Source of the DNA: Hyphomicrobiales bacterium
GTDB lineage: Bacteria; Pseudomonadota; Gammaproteobacteria; Pseudomonadales; Pseudohongiellaceae
Direction: 5' to 3'
Assembly (NCBI GenBank): GCA_035555995.1
Contig: DATMFX010000168.1
Location: 1 to 46,184, forward strand
Length of the DNA: 46,184 nucleotides
The notes beneath the pieces are model-generated. The model was not told the origin of the DNA, did no database searches, and was given only the letters and a program-made list of their open reading frames with translations. Below, in pieces: positions 1 through 11,300 of the stretch; position 1 is the stretch's first letter, and every line of letters begins with the position of its first letter. A program made the position numbers and the translations under genes.

Positions 1-243
1 GATGGCGGCCGCGGTGGCGGTATTGCAGGCCACCACCACCGCCTTGACGCCCTGCGCCAGCAGAAAATCCATGAGGGCGAAGCAGCGGCGGCGGATGAAT
101 TCCTCGCCCTTGGGACCGTAGGGTGCGTGCCGGGTGTCGGCCAGATACAGCAGGTGCTCGTGCGGCAACAGTTCGCGCAGGCCCGACAGGACGGCGAGTC
201 CGCCGACGCCGGAATCGAATACCCCGATGGGTGCGTGGGACAT
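1..243 (-). CDS. murI: glutamate racemase, N-terminal 81 codons (gene continues beyond the window edge)
   Basis: Absent from the ORF track because no stop lies in the window. Manual reverse-complement translation from ATG 243-241 gives [87 protein letters not shown] and ACNTA are the hallmark MurI motifs. Confidence 0.8.
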   Translation of the reverse strand, partial: MSHAPIGVFDSGVGGLAVLSGLRELLPHEHLLYLADTRHAPYGPKGEEFIRRRCFALMDFLLAQGVKAVVVACNTATAAAI

Positions 244-339
244 GGAGGTTCCGCTGCTGGAAGGAGGCGTGCATTGTAACGCACACGAGGCGGGGCGCCG
301 GCCATGTTATAGTGCCCACCCTTGCCGCCTTTCCCTGCC

Positions 340-1308
340 ATGAACGCCCATTCGCTGCCCCCCGCCCTGTGCCTGATGGGACCCACCGCCTGCGGCAAGA
401 CCCGCATTGCCGTGGAGTTGGCGCAGGAGGGGCCATTCGAACTGATCAGCGTCGATTCCGCGCTGGTGTACCGTGGCCTCGACATCGGCTCGGGCAAGCC
501 GGATGCCGCCATGCTGGCGAAGGCGCCTCATCGCCTGGTCGACATCCGCGATCCCGCCGATCCCTACAGCGCCGCCAGCTTCCGCGAGGATGCGCTGCGC
601 GAAATCCACGCCATCGTGGCCGCCGGGCGCATTCCGCTGTTGGTGGGCGGCACCATGCTCTACTTCAAGGCGCTGCGCGATGGCCTGGCGCCCATGCCCG
701 GCGCTGACCCCGCGGTGCGCCGCAACATCGAAGCCCTGGCCCAGGCCGAAGGCTGGGCGGCGGTACATGCGCGCCTGGCCCGGGTGGATCCACAGGCCGC
801 GGCGCGCATCCATCCCACCGATCCTCAGCGGCTGCAGCGCGCGCTCGAAGTGTATGAAACCACCGGCAGACCGCTGTCGGCGCTGCATGCCGAGCGGGAA
901 GCGGCTGGCGGCGATGACCTGCCCTGCCAATTGATCTTCGTGGGCCTCTGGCCGCGCGAGCGCGGCCGGCTGCATGCGCTGATCGCGGAACGCTTTCACG
1001 CCATGCTGACGGCCGGTCTGGTGGATGAAGTGAAAGCGCTGCGGGCGCGGGCGGATCTGCACCCGGATCTTCCCGCCCTGCGCAGCGTGGGCTACCGGCA
1101 GGTATGGGAACATCTGGCCGGGGAATATGACCACGAGACCATGGTGGACAGGGCTGTCGCCGCCACGCGCCAGCTGGCCAAACGGCAGTTGACCTGGATG
1201 CGCGGTTGGCCGGCTCTCTCGGAGGTGATCTGCGAATTGGAAGTTGAAGATGGAAATATTGTGAAGAATCACTTGAAAAGTTTGAGCGCAATCGCCAATT
1301 ACTGGTAG
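340..1308 (+). CDS. miaA: tRNA dimethylallyltransferase
   Basis: The ORF 322..1308 opens at a TTG. The first ATG at 340 gives [21 protein letters not shown] with the P-loop about 11 aa from the start, as in MiaA. It lies immediately upstream of hfq (classical miaA-hfq-hflX synteny). Confidence 0.9.
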   Translation: MNAHSLPPALCLMGPTACGKTRIAVELAQEGPFELISVDSALVYRGLDIGSGKPDAAMLAKAPHRLVDIRDPADPYSAASFREDALREIHAIVAAGRIPLLVGGTMLYFKALRDGLAPMPGADPAVRRNIEALAQAEGWAAVHARLARVDPQAAARIHPTDPQRLQRALEVYETTGRPLSALHAEREAAGGDDLPCQLIFVGLWPRERGRLHALIAERFHAMLTAGLVDEVKALRARADLHPDLPALRSVGYRQVWEHLAGEYDHETMVDRAVAATRQLAKRQLTWMRGWPALSEVICELEVEDGNIVKNHLKSLSAIANYW

Positions 1309-1326
1309 CTGGATGGCTGGGGCGCC

Positions 1327-1332
1327 TATAAT
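1327..1332 (+). promoter_or_regulatory. perfect TATAAT hexamer in the miaA-hfq spacer (candidate hfq -10 box)
   Basis: TATAAT at 1327-1332 lies in a locally AT-richer spacer of a GC-rich sequence, about 200 nt upstream of the hfq ATG. No convincing -35 sits at 16-18 nt (GGTAGC/TGGTAG), so the call is weak. Confidence 0.25.
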
Positions 1333-1385
1333 TGCGAACTTTTCGTGGTACAAACCGTCGTATGCAACATATGCAATAGAAGTAG

Positions 1386-1437
1386 CGATCAAAAGTACCG
1401 ATCAAAAGTACCGATCAAGAGCAGCAATCAAGTACGA
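1386..1437 (+). repeat. 13-nt tandem repeat (CGATCAAAAGTAC x2 exact, plus 2 degenerate units) in the hfq leader
   Basis: Units read by eye: 1386-1398 and 1399-1411 are identical. 1412-1424 (CGATCAAGAGCAG) and 1425-1437 (CAATCAAGTACGA) are degenerate. The array contains AAG-AGC-AGC-AAT (1417-1428), a run of four A-R-N triplets. Confidence 0.8.
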
Positions 1438-1532
1438 AGCAGCGAAGAAACCCGCGCGGCCAGGCTCATGGCGGGATTTAGCAGCAACTGCACGAGTTTT
1501 CACGTTTTCCACTACAGATCAGGAGAGTTGCC

Positions 1533-1802
1533 ATGTCAAAAGGGCATTCACTACAAGACCCTTTTCTTAATGTGCTTCGTAAGGAGAAGGTTCCCGTTGC
1601 CATTTATCTGGTGAGCGGCATCAAGCTGCAGGGACAGATAGAATCCTTCGACCAATTTGTCATTGTGCTGAAAAACACAGTGAATCAGATGGTGTACAAG
1701 CACGCCATTTCCACCGTGGTGCCTTCCCGCCAGGTGCGGGTGCCGATGCTGGGCAGTGGCGAGGGTGCTACGGATGAGGATGGCGCGGGCAACAGTTTCT
1801 GA
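1533..1802 (+). CDS. hfq: RNA chaperone Hfq
   Basis: [66 protein letters not shown] is a near-canonical Sm1/Sm2 Hfq core. GGAGAG Shine-Dalgarno upstream of the ATG. Confidence 0.97.
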   Translation: MSKGHSLQDPFLNVLRKEKVPVAIYLVSGIKLQGQIESFDQFVIVLKNTVNQMVYKHAISTVVPSRQVRVPMLGSGEGATDEDGAGNSF

Positions 1803-1829
1803 TGCCCCCGTTTTCCTTTTGACTGCGCA

Positions 1830-1853
1830 GGGACCACGCGCGACCGTGGTCCC
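1830..1853 (+). other. stable hairpin 28 nt after the hfq stop (GGGACCACG-cgcgac-CGTGGTCCC)
   Basis: A 9-bp perfect GC-rich stem (1830-1838 / 1845-1853) with no U-tract after it. It may be a partial attenuator or processing/protective stem between hfq and hflX. Confidence 0.35.
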
Positions 1854-1964
1854 GTCCCGCCATGTGCAGCCGCGCCTCTTCCGCAACCCCATCCCGGCAC
1901 GACAGTGCCGCTGTGCCGCACCATCCCTTCCAGCCACTCCCGCAACCGCAGTTTTGAGGTAGCC

Positions 1965-3332
1965 TTGTTTTTCGAACGTCCCGACAGCGGTGAAATCGCC
2001 ATCCTGGTACAGGTGGGCTACGAATCGGCGCAGGACGAAGCGGACGCCAGGGAATTCGAGGAACTGGCCATTTCGGCCGGCGCCATTCCCGCCGCGCTCA
2101 TCACCGCCTCGCGCCGTCTTACCACACCACGCACATTGATCGGCAGCGGCAAGCTGGAAGAGCTGGCCGCCGCCATCGCGGCGCATGAAGCCAAGCTGGT
2201 GCTGTTCAACCATACCCTCAGTCCCAGCCAGGAACGCAACCTGGAAAAGGAACTCAAATGCCGGGTGCTGGACCGTACCGGCCTGATCCTGGACATCTTC
2301 GCGCTGCGCGCCCGCAGCCATGAAGGCAAACTGCAGGTGGAACTGGCACAGCTCAAGCACGCCTCCACCCGTCTGGTACGCGGCTGGACCCATCTCGACC
2401 GCCAGAAGGGCGGCATCGGCATGCGCGGCGCGGGCGAAACCCAGCTCGAACTGGACCAGCGCCTGATCGGCGCACGCATCAAGGCCATCCACAAAAGCCT
2501 GGGAAAAGTGCGCAGCCAGCGCGACCAGAGCCGGCGCGCCCGCAAGCGCGCCGAAATCCCCACCGTGTCGCTGGTGGGCTACACCAACGCCGGCAAGTCC
2601 TCCCTGTTCAACCGCCTCAGCGGCGAAGGCACCTACGTGGCCGATCAGCTCTTCGCCACGCTCGATTCCACGCTGCGCAAGATCCAGGTGCCCACCTACG
2701 GCCAGGTGATCCTGGCGGATACCGTGGGGTTCATCCGCGACCTGCCCCATCAACTGGTGGATGCCTTCCGCGCCACGCTGGAGGAAACCGTGGCCGCCAG
2801 CCTGCTGCTGCACGTGGTGGACTGCCACAACGACGAACGTGCCCTCCTGATCGAGGAAGTGCAGAAGGTGCTGACCGAGATCGGTGCCGAAGATATTCCC
2901 ACCTTGCTGGTCTACAACAAGATCGACCTGCTGCCGGAGGCGGTTCCCCTGGTGGAACGCAATGCGCAGGGCAAGCCGGTGCGGGTGTGGGTGTCGGCGC
3001 ATAGCGGCGCCGGCATCGAGGGTCTGTTGACCGCCATCGCCGAACTGCTGGGCGAGGATTTCGTCAGCCTGGCACTGCCGCTGCGCCCGGACCAGGGCAA
3101 GCTGCGTTCACGCTTCTATGCCGTGGGCGCCGTGCAGGCGGAAACCCAGGATGAGGCGGCTACCCCCTGGCTGCAGTTGCGCCTGCCACGCGCCGATTTC
3201 ATCCGGCTGATGCAGGAAGCGGGACAGGATCCACTGCCCTGGCTGCCGCGGTTGCCCGAGCCGGCGGAGGGCCTGATTCCGGGACAGGGCGAAGAGCAGG
3301 CGGCGGCGCGACCGGTGGGACGGGCGGTGTAA
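1965..3332 (+). CDS. hflX: GTPase HflX
   Basis: The track ORF opens at GTG 1905. The in-frame TTG at 1965 is preceded by GAGG (1956-1959, 5-nt spacer) and gives MFFERPDSGE..., matching the usual HflX N-terminus (MFDRY...). G-motifs GYTNAGKSSLFN, DTVGF and NKID are present. Confidence 0.88.
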   Translation: MFFERPDSGEIAILVQVGYESAQDEADAREFEELAISAGAIPAALITASRRLTTPRTLIGSGKLEELAAAIAAHEAKLVLFNHTLSPSQERNLEKELKCRVLDRTGLILDIFALRARSHEGKLQVELAQLKHASTRLVRGWTHLDRQKGGIGMRGAGETQLELDQRLIGARIKAIHKSLGKVRSQRDQSRRARKRAEIPTVSLVGYTNAGKSSLFNRLSGEGTYVADQLFATLDSTLRKIQVPTYGQVILADTVGFIRDLPHQLVDAFRATLEETVAASLLLHVVDCHNDERALLIEEVQKVLTEIGAEDIPTLLVYNKIDLLPEAVPLVERNAQGKPVRVWVSAHSGAGIEGLLTAIAELLGEDFVSLALPLRPDQGKLRSRFYAVGAVQAETQDEAATPWLQLRLPRADFIRLMQEAGQDPLPWLPRLPEPAEGLIPGQGEEQAAARPVGRAV

Positions 3333-3382
3333 TTGACCCGCCAAATCCGCTAGAATCACCTCCCGCCGCAAGCAAGCCCCGA

Positions 3383-3405
3383 AAAAATCGCCTGGCGCGA
3401 TTTTT
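3383..3405 (+). terminator. weak intrinsic-terminator-like hairpin after hflX
   Basis: AAAAATCGC-ctggc-GCGATTTTT, a 9-bp stem whose 3' arm ends in T5. A second hairpin follows at 3407-3425 (ACGTCGC-ctcaa-GCGACGT). The stem is AT-rich, so it is probably leaky. Confidence 0.3.
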
Positions 3406-3523
3406 CACGTCGCCTCAAGCGACGTCCCGAAGGGTGGCGGCCAAGGATGGCACGCCACAAAAAACGGACTTTTGGGATCGCTACCAAGACAATCAACCAC
3501 TTAACAGCTGCATCGGAGTCATC

Positions 3524-4693
3524 ATGGCTTGGAACGAACCGGAAAACGACGATCGCAAGAACGATCCGTGGGGCTCGCGTTCCGGCAACCGCAAGGATCA
3601 GCAGGGGCCACCTGATCTCGATGCCCTGCTTGGCGACCTGATGCGCAAGCTTTCCGGGCTGTTCGGCGGTGGTAAATCCGGCGGATCCTCCGGCGGCAGT
3701 GGCGGCGGCTTCACCAGCGGCATGCTGGCTGCCCTGCTCGTTCTCGCCGGCCTGATCTGGTTCGGTGCCGGCCTCTATACGGTGAACGAACAGGAACGCG
3801 GCGTGGTGCTGCGCCTCGGCCGCGCGCTCGACGGCGTGGTCATGCCGGGTTTGCGCTGGAATCCGCCGCTGATCGACGAAGTGACCAAGATCAACGTCAC
3901 CCGCATCTACGACCAAAGCTTCAGCGGCACCATGCTCACCGAAGACGACAACATCGTCGACATCACCATGACGGTGCAGTATCAGGTCACCGACGCCCGC
4001 AAGTACTATCTGGAAGTCGAGGATCCCGAAATCAGCCTGATGGAAGCCGCCGAATCCGCGATCCGTCACGTGGTGGGCGGCTCCGAGATGGATACCGTGA
4101 TCACCAACGGCCGTGAGGCGCTGGCGCAGGAAGCCCACGAGCGCCTGCAGCGCTACCTCGACGTCTACGGCACCGGCATCAGCGTCAGCCAGGTGAACAT
4201 CGCCCAGTCGCTGCCGCCGCAGCAGGTGCGCGCCGCGTTCGACGACGTGATCAAGGCGCGCGAAGACAACCAATCCTTTCAGAACGAAGCGCGCGCGTAT
4301 GCCAACCAGGTGATCCCCCTGGCCCGCGGCAACGCCTTGCGCCAGCGCGAGGATGCCAACGCCTACCGTGAGCAGGTGGTGGCGCAGGCGCAGGGCGAAG
4401 CGCAGCGCTTCGAACAGTTGCTGGTGGAATACCAGAAAGCGCCCCAGGTGACCCGTGAACGCCTTTACATCGACGCGGTGGAAAGCATCATGACCAATAC
4501 CTCCAAGGTGATGGTCGACATCCAGGGCGGCAACAACATGATGTACCTGCCGCTCGACCAGATACTGCAGCGCCAGGGCCGCACGCCCACCACCTCGATC
4601 CAGCCGGTGCCTTCCGTGCCGCCTGAGCTGGATTTGCGCAACAACAGCACATTGCCGACTCGCCAGGCCCCTACCCGTGGAGCGACCCGCTGA
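3524..4693 (+). CDS. hflK: FtsH protease modulator HflK
   Basis: The internal ATG at 3524 (GGAG at 3515-3518) gives MAWNEPENDDRKNDPWGS...GPPDLD, collinear with the E. coli HflK N-terminus. An SPFH/band-7 domain follows. The upstream part of track ORF 3434.. is probably not translated. Confidence 0.9.
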   Translation: MAWNEPENDDRKNDPWGSRSGNRKDQQGPPDLDALLGDLMRKLSGLFGGGKSGGSSGGSGGGFTSGMLAALLVLAGLIWFGAGLYTVNEQERGVVLRLGRALDGVVMPGLRWNPPLIDEVTKINVTRIYDQSFSGTMLTEDDNIVDITMTVQYQVTDARKYYLEVEDPEISLMEAAESAIRHVVGGSEMDTVITNGREALAQEAHERLQRYLDVYGTGISVSQVNIAQSLPPQQVRAAFDDVIKAREDNQSFQNEARAYANQVIPLARGNALRQREDANAYREQVVAQAQGEAQRFEQLLVEYQKAPQVTRERLYIDAVESIMTNTSKVMVDIQGGNNMMYLPLDQILQRQGRTPTTSIQPVPSVPPELDLRNNSTLPTRQAPTRGATR

Positions 4694-5565
4694 TGAAAAG
4701 CTCAGGCATGTTCCCTCTGTTTCTGCTGGCCGCGTTGGTACTCGTCGCGTCCAATTGCATGTACGTGGTGCGCGAGATCGACAAAGCAGTGCTGCTGACC
4801 TTCGGCGAAGTCACCAACGTCGACGTGGCACCAGGCCTGCACTTCAAGATTCCCGGCGTGCACACCGTGCGCCGTTTCGACGGCCGCATCCAGACGCTCG
4901 ACACCGATTCCGAAAGCTATCTCACCGCCGAGAAGAACTACCTGGAAGTGGATTCCTTCGCCAAATGGCGTGTCGCCAACACCGCGCGCTACTACACCGC
5001 CACGTCGGGTGACGAGAACACCGCCAACAACCTGCTGCGCCAGCGCATCAATACCGGGCTGCGCAACGAGTTCGGCGTGCGCACCGTGCATGAAGTGGTG
5101 TCCGGTGAACGCGACCTGTTGATGACGCGCATCACCCAGAGCCTGAACCTGGTGGCCAACCAGGAACTCGGCATCGAAGTGGTGGACGTGCGCGTGAAGA
5201 AAATCGACCTGCCCGACAACGTCAGCGATTCGGTGTTCGCGCGCATGAACACCGAACGCCAGGAAGAAGCCCAGGATCTGCGTTCCCGGGGACGGGAGCG
5301 CGCGGAAGGCATCCGCGCCGACGCCGACCGGCAGAAAACCATCATCGAAGCCGAAGCCTATCGCGAAGCCGAGCAGCTGCGTGGCGAAGGCGACGCCGAA
5401 GCCTCCTCCATCTACGCCTCGGCCTTCAACAAGGATCCGGAATTCTATGAATTCACCCGTAGTCTCAACGCTTACGTGCAGAGCTTCAGTTCCGCAAGCG
5501 ACCTGATGCTGATCAGCCCCGACAGCGACTTCTTCAAATACCTGAAAAACAGCGATCCCCGCTGA
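4693..5565 (+). CDS. hflC: FtsH protease modulator HflC
   Basis: Its ATG overlaps the hflK stop (ATGA). It has an N-terminal TM helix followed by an SPFH domain (VVREIDKAVLLTFGEV...). Position after hflK fits. Confidence 0.92.
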   Translation: MKSSGMFPLFLLAALVLVASNCMYVVREIDKAVLLTFGEVTNVDVAPGLHFKIPGVHTVRRFDGRIQTLDTDSESYLTAEKNYLEVDSFAKWRVANTARYYTATSGDENTANNLLRQRINTGLRNEFGVRTVHEVVSGERDLLMTRITQSLNLVANQELGIEVVDVRVKKIDLPDNVSDSVFARMNTERQEEAQDLRSRGRERAEGIRADADRQKTIIEAEAYREAEQLRGEGDAEASSIYASAFNKDPEFYEFTRSLNAYVQSFSSASDLMLISPDSDFFKYLKNSDPR

Positions 5566-5584
5566 GATACCGGTTTCCTTTCCC

Positions 5585-6787
5585 ATGACGACCAAGGCAA
5601 ATCGTTGGTTGCTTCCCGATGGCGTGGACGAATTGTTGCCGCCGCAGGCCAACCAGATGGAACAGCTGCGCCGCGAGATACTCGATCTGTATCGCGGCTG
5701 GGGCTTTGAACTGATCAAGACGCCGCTGATCGAATTTCTCGATTCGCTGATGATCGTGCCCAGCGTGAAGCTGCAGCTGAGCACCTTCAAGCTGGTGGAC
5801 CAGCTCAGCGGCAAAAGCATGGGCGTGCGCGCCGACATTTCCGCGCAGGCCGCCCGCATCGACGCCCACGTGCTGCAGCACGACGCCATTACCCGGCTCT
5901 GCTACACCGACAACGTGCTGCGCACCCGCCCGCAGGGCCCGCTGGGTTCACGCTGCCCGCAGCTGATCGGCGCCGAGCTGTACGGCCACGGCGGCATCGA
6001 AAGCGACATCGAGGTCATTGGCCTGTTGCTGCGCACGCTGCGCCTCGCCGGCATCCAGCAACCACTGCTTGCGCTTGGCCATAACCAGATCTGCCAATTG
6101 CTGCTGGAAGCCGCCTGGCTGCCCGACGAAGAGGAAGAACGCCTGTTCGCCGCGCTGCAGAACAAGGCCACCACCGATCTCGATCAACAACTGGCCGCGA
6201 GCGAACTGTCGCCCGAGCTGGCCACGCTCTTCCGGCTGCTGCCCACGCTGCACGGCGACGTGTCCGTGCTGGCCCAGGCGCGCCAGGCCTTTGCGCCGCT
6301 GCCAGAATCACTGCGCCAGTCGCTCGAAGCGGTGATCTCGCAACTGGAAGCGATCGCCACGCAACTGCAAAGCGCCTTTCCCGACCAGGCACTGTACTTC
6401 GACCTGTGCGAGCGCCGTGGCTACGATTACCACACCGGCATCATCTTTTCCGCCTATGTCAGCGGTCACGGCGAAGCCATCGCCAACGGCGGCCGCTATG
6501 ACGGCATCGGCGCCGCATTCGGGCGCAGCCGCCCCGCCACCGGCTTCGATGCCGACCTGAAAACCCTGCTGCGGCTCGGCCAGCGCCACTTCGCCACCTG
6601 CGAACGCATCTATGCGCCAGCCGCGCACGACGCCGCGCTGCAAGTGCTGGCGGAACAATTACGCGGCGACGGCAAGGCGGTGGTGCAAGGCTACGACGCC
6701 GATCCCGCCAGCGCCCGCGCGCAAGACTGCAGCGCCATGCTGCGACAGGCGCCCGACGGCGCCTGGATCGTCGAACCACTGAACTGA
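5585..6787 (+). CDS. hisZ: ATP phosphoribosyltransferase regulatory subunit
   Basis: The N-terminus is HisRS-like (RWLLPDGVDELLPPQANQMEQLRREILDLYRGWGFELIKTPLIEFLDSL), and the length (400 aa) fits. The hflC-hisZ-purA arrangement is conserved in many proteobacteria. Confidence 0.82.
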   Translation: MTTKANRWLLPDGVDELLPPQANQMEQLRREILDLYRGWGFELIKTPLIEFLDSLMIVPSVKLQLSTFKLVDQLSGKSMGVRADISAQAARIDAHVLQHDAITRLCYTDNVLRTRPQGPLGSRCPQLIGAELYGHGGIESDIEVIGLLLRTLRLAGIQQPLLALGHNQICQLLLEAAWLPDEEEERLFAALQNKATTDLDQQLAASELSPELATLFRLLPTLHGDVSVLAQARQAFAPLPESLRQSLEAVISQLEAIATQLQSAFPDQALYFDLCERRGYDYHTGIIFSAYVSGHGEAIANGGRYDGIGAAFGRSRPATGFDADLKTLLRLGQRHFATCERIYAPAAHDAALQVLAEQLRGDGKAVVQGYDADPASARAQDCSAMLRQAPDGAWIVEPLN

Positions 6788-6826
6788 ACACGAACATCGG
6801 CCGCCTCCATCGCGGCATTCCACTGA

Positions 6827-8137
<1,311 letters not shown>

Positions 8138-8145
8138 AATTCTAC

Positions 8146-8167
8146 CCGCACCTGCATTCTGGTGCGG
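8146..8167. terminator. hairpin just after purA (CCGCACC-tgcattct-GGTGCGG), possibly a bidirectional terminator
   Basis: A 7-bp GC stem. On the minus strand it is followed by GTAGAATTTTATT (T-rich). On the plus strand no U-tract follows. Confidence 0.3.
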
Positions 8168-8188
8168 AACACTGAAGCGTGACGCCAA

Positions 8189-8304
8189 GCCTCTGTCGTC
8201 CCTTTTGACCATCCAGGGGCGTTGATGGCCAGGGATGGCCATCACCGAGCGCACAGGGATGTGCTTGTAGCGTCCCCTGGATGGTCAAAAGGGAGGACAG
8301 AGGC
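8189..8304. repeat. structured intergenic element, copy 1 (long outer stem plus conserved double-hairpin core)
   Basis: The arms 8189-8219 and 8274-8304 pair over 31 bp with 1 mismatch. The core 8216-8277 contains TGATGGCCA-GGGA-TGGCCATCA (8223-8244) and GCACA-GGGA-TGTGC (8251-8264). The core recurs at 24654-24715. Confidence 0.8.
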
Positions 8305-8378
8305 GCAACGGTATCGATGCGGACCAACCCCCCCCAAAGACAACTGATACCGATACTGACCAATCCCCCAAAGACAAT

Positions 8379-11300
8379 TTACTTCGATACCGGCGCAGCA
8401 CGCCCGGCGTCATCCGCTTCGTGACTGGGCAGCCAATGCCCCAGGCGCTTCTGCAACAATGCCAAGCCATCTTCCACTAAAGTGAAGAACACCGGCACGA
8501 TGAACAGGCTCACCATGGTCGACACCATCAGCCCGCCAAGCACCGCCACCCCGATCGGCGCCCGAAAACTCGGATCCCCCGCCCACCCCAAGGCCACCGG
8601 CAGCATGCCCGCCCCCATGGCGATCGACGTCATCACGATCGGCCGCGCCCGCTTGGCGCAGGAATCGAGCATCGCTTCCCGTAGCCCCAGGCCGTGGTCG
8701 CGCTGCGCCATGATCGCGTACTCCACCAGCAGGATGGAGTTCTTGGTGACGATCCCCATCAGCATCAGCAGCCCGATCAGCGAGTTGATCGCCAACCCGT
8801 AGCCCGCCGCCAGCAGCGCCACGATGGCCCCCGCCGCGGAAGGCGGCAATGCCGACAGGATGGTGAGCGGCTGCACGAACTTGTGGAACAGCAATACCAG
8901 AACCGCGTAGATCGACATCACGCCGATCATCATCGCCAAAGCGAAACGGCCGAAGATATCCTGGATGAAGCGCGCATCGCCGGTACGCAGGAAGCTCACG
9001 CCTTCCGGCAGGTTGCGCATGGCGTCAGAGCCTTCCACACGCTGCAGCGTGTCGCCGAGCGGCAAACCATTGAGATTGGCACTCAGGGTAATGTTGCGGC
9101 TGCGGTTGACGCGGGTGATCTGCGCCGGCCCGGACCCCAGGCGCACATCCGCCACGTTCATCAGCGGCACCGGCCCACCGCTGCCCTGCACTGTCAGCAG
9201 GCTGAGGCGTTCGATGTCGCTGCGCGCGGTATCGTTGAGGCGCACGCGGATCGGAATCTGGCGGTTGTCCAGGTTGAAGCGTGCCAGCCCGGTACTTACG
9301 TCGCCGGCCGTGGCGATACGGGTCACAGTGCTGAGCTGGTCGGTGGTCACGCCCAGTTCGGCGGCGCGCAGCGGATCGGGGGTGATGACGATTTCCGGCT
9401 GCAACAGCGCCGCGCTGCTGTTCACCGAGCCGAGACCGGCGATGGTGCGCAGTTCGCGCTCCACCGCTGCCGCGGCCGCATCGAGCCGTTCGGGGTTGTC
9501 GCTCACCAGCGTCATTTCCAGCCGGTCGCCGCCACCGCCGCCCTGGAACTGCAGGCGCGCGCCGGGAATCACGCGGATGGCATCGGCCGCCTTCCGCTCG
9601 AAGATCTGCTGCAGGCCCTTGACGCCCTCGGTATTGTCGAGCTGGATGGTGAGCGTGGCGCTGCGCACCGAACCGCCGCTGCCGGACCCCACGGTGGTGA
9701 ACACACTGCTCACTTCCGGCATATCGCTGATGATGCGGCGCGCCTGTTCACTTACGCGCAAGGTGTCTTCCAGACGCGCGCCCGGCGGCAGCTCCACCGA
9801 CAGCTGGGTGAAGCCGTTGTCGCCGGCCGGCGCGAAGCCGGTAGGCAGAAGGCGGAACAAGGACAGCATCACGCCCATCACCACGCTGGACACGATCACC
9901 ACGATCAGGCGATGCCGCAGGCACCAGGTGACCTTGTCGATGTACCAGCGCAGCAGCCAGGGCTGCTTCTCTTCTTCATGATTCGGCTTGAGTAGATAGG
10001 CCGCCATCATCGGCGTGAGCATGCGCGCCACCAGCAGCGAGAACAGCACGGCGATCGCCACGGTAAAACCGAAGGGCCGGAAGAATTCGCCGGCGATGCC
10101 GCCCATGAACGCCACCGGCACGAACACGGCGCAGATGGTCAGCGTGGTGGCCACCACCGCCAGGCCGATCTCGATGGCCGCGTCCATGGCCGCCTGCCGT
10201 GGCGTCTTGCCCTGGCGCAAATGCCGCACGATGTTCTCCACCTCCACGATGGCATCGTCCACCAGGATGCCCACCACCAGAGTCAGCGCCACCAGGGTGA
10301 GAATGTTGAGCGTGTAACCGAATTGATAGATTACCCAGAACGTGGGGATGATCGACAGCGGCAAGGCGGCAGCGGAAATGAGGGTGGCGCGCCAGTCGCG
10401 CAGGAACACCCACACCACCAGCACCGCCAGAATGGCGCCTTCGATCAGCATTTCCATGGAGGCGTCGTAGGACACCTGGATGTACTCGACCGTGTTGCTG
10501 GCTTCGGCGAATTCCACGTCCGGGTACTTGAGTTTGAGCGCTTCCACCACGGCGCGGCTCTGCTCGGCCACGTCCAGCGCGCTGGCGCCCCAGGCACGCA
10601 CCACCTGGAAGCCCACCACCGGCTTGCCGTCCAGCAATGCCGCCGACCGTTGTTCGCTGGCCTGGTCGCGCACCTCGGCCAATACGTCCAGCCGCACGCT
10701 GCGGCCATCCGGCAGCAGGATCGGCAACGCCTTCAGCTCTTCCACCGAACTGACGATGCCGGTGGTGCGTACCGTTTGTTCCAACCCCCCAAGCCTGGCC
10801 TCGCCGCCGGGGTATTCGGCCTGGATGCGGCGCAGCTGCCGCGAAACGTCCGTGGCGGTGGTGCGCAGCGCCGCGATGCGGTCCGGATCGAGATCCACGC
10901 GGATTTCGCGATCCACGCCGCCCACGCGGGTAAAACGGCCCACGCCCGGCACCGCCGTCAGTTCGCGCGCCAGTTCCAGATCCACGAACCAGGACAGCTC
11001 GGTGTCCGTCATCCGGTCGGAACTGACCGTCCAGGTGACCACCGGCAAACCTGCGGTGGTGGCGCGCGATACGATGGGTTCGTTGGCGTCCTGCGGCAGG
11101 TCGGCGCGGATGGTGGTGAGCGCGTCGCGCACCTCGTCCATGGTCTGGTCGAGATCGGTGCCGAAGATGAACTGGATCACCGTAGTGGACGCGCCCTCGT
11201 TGACCGTGGAACGCAGTTCCTCGATGCCGGCGATGGTGGCCACCGCATCCTCGACGCGGCGGGTCACCTCCGATTCCATCTGCGAGGGCGCTACGCCGGC

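Noticed and set aside
3070-3084. A sigma54-like TGGCAC-tgccg-CTGC inside hflX
   Set aside because: It lies deep within a coding region about 440 nt from the next start, and the -12 element is imperfect (CTGC). This is most likely chance.
3333-3356. TTGACC … TAGAAT pair after hflX that looks like a sigma70 promoter for hflK
   Set aside because: The spacer is only 12 nt (3339-3350), outside the 16-18 nt functional range.
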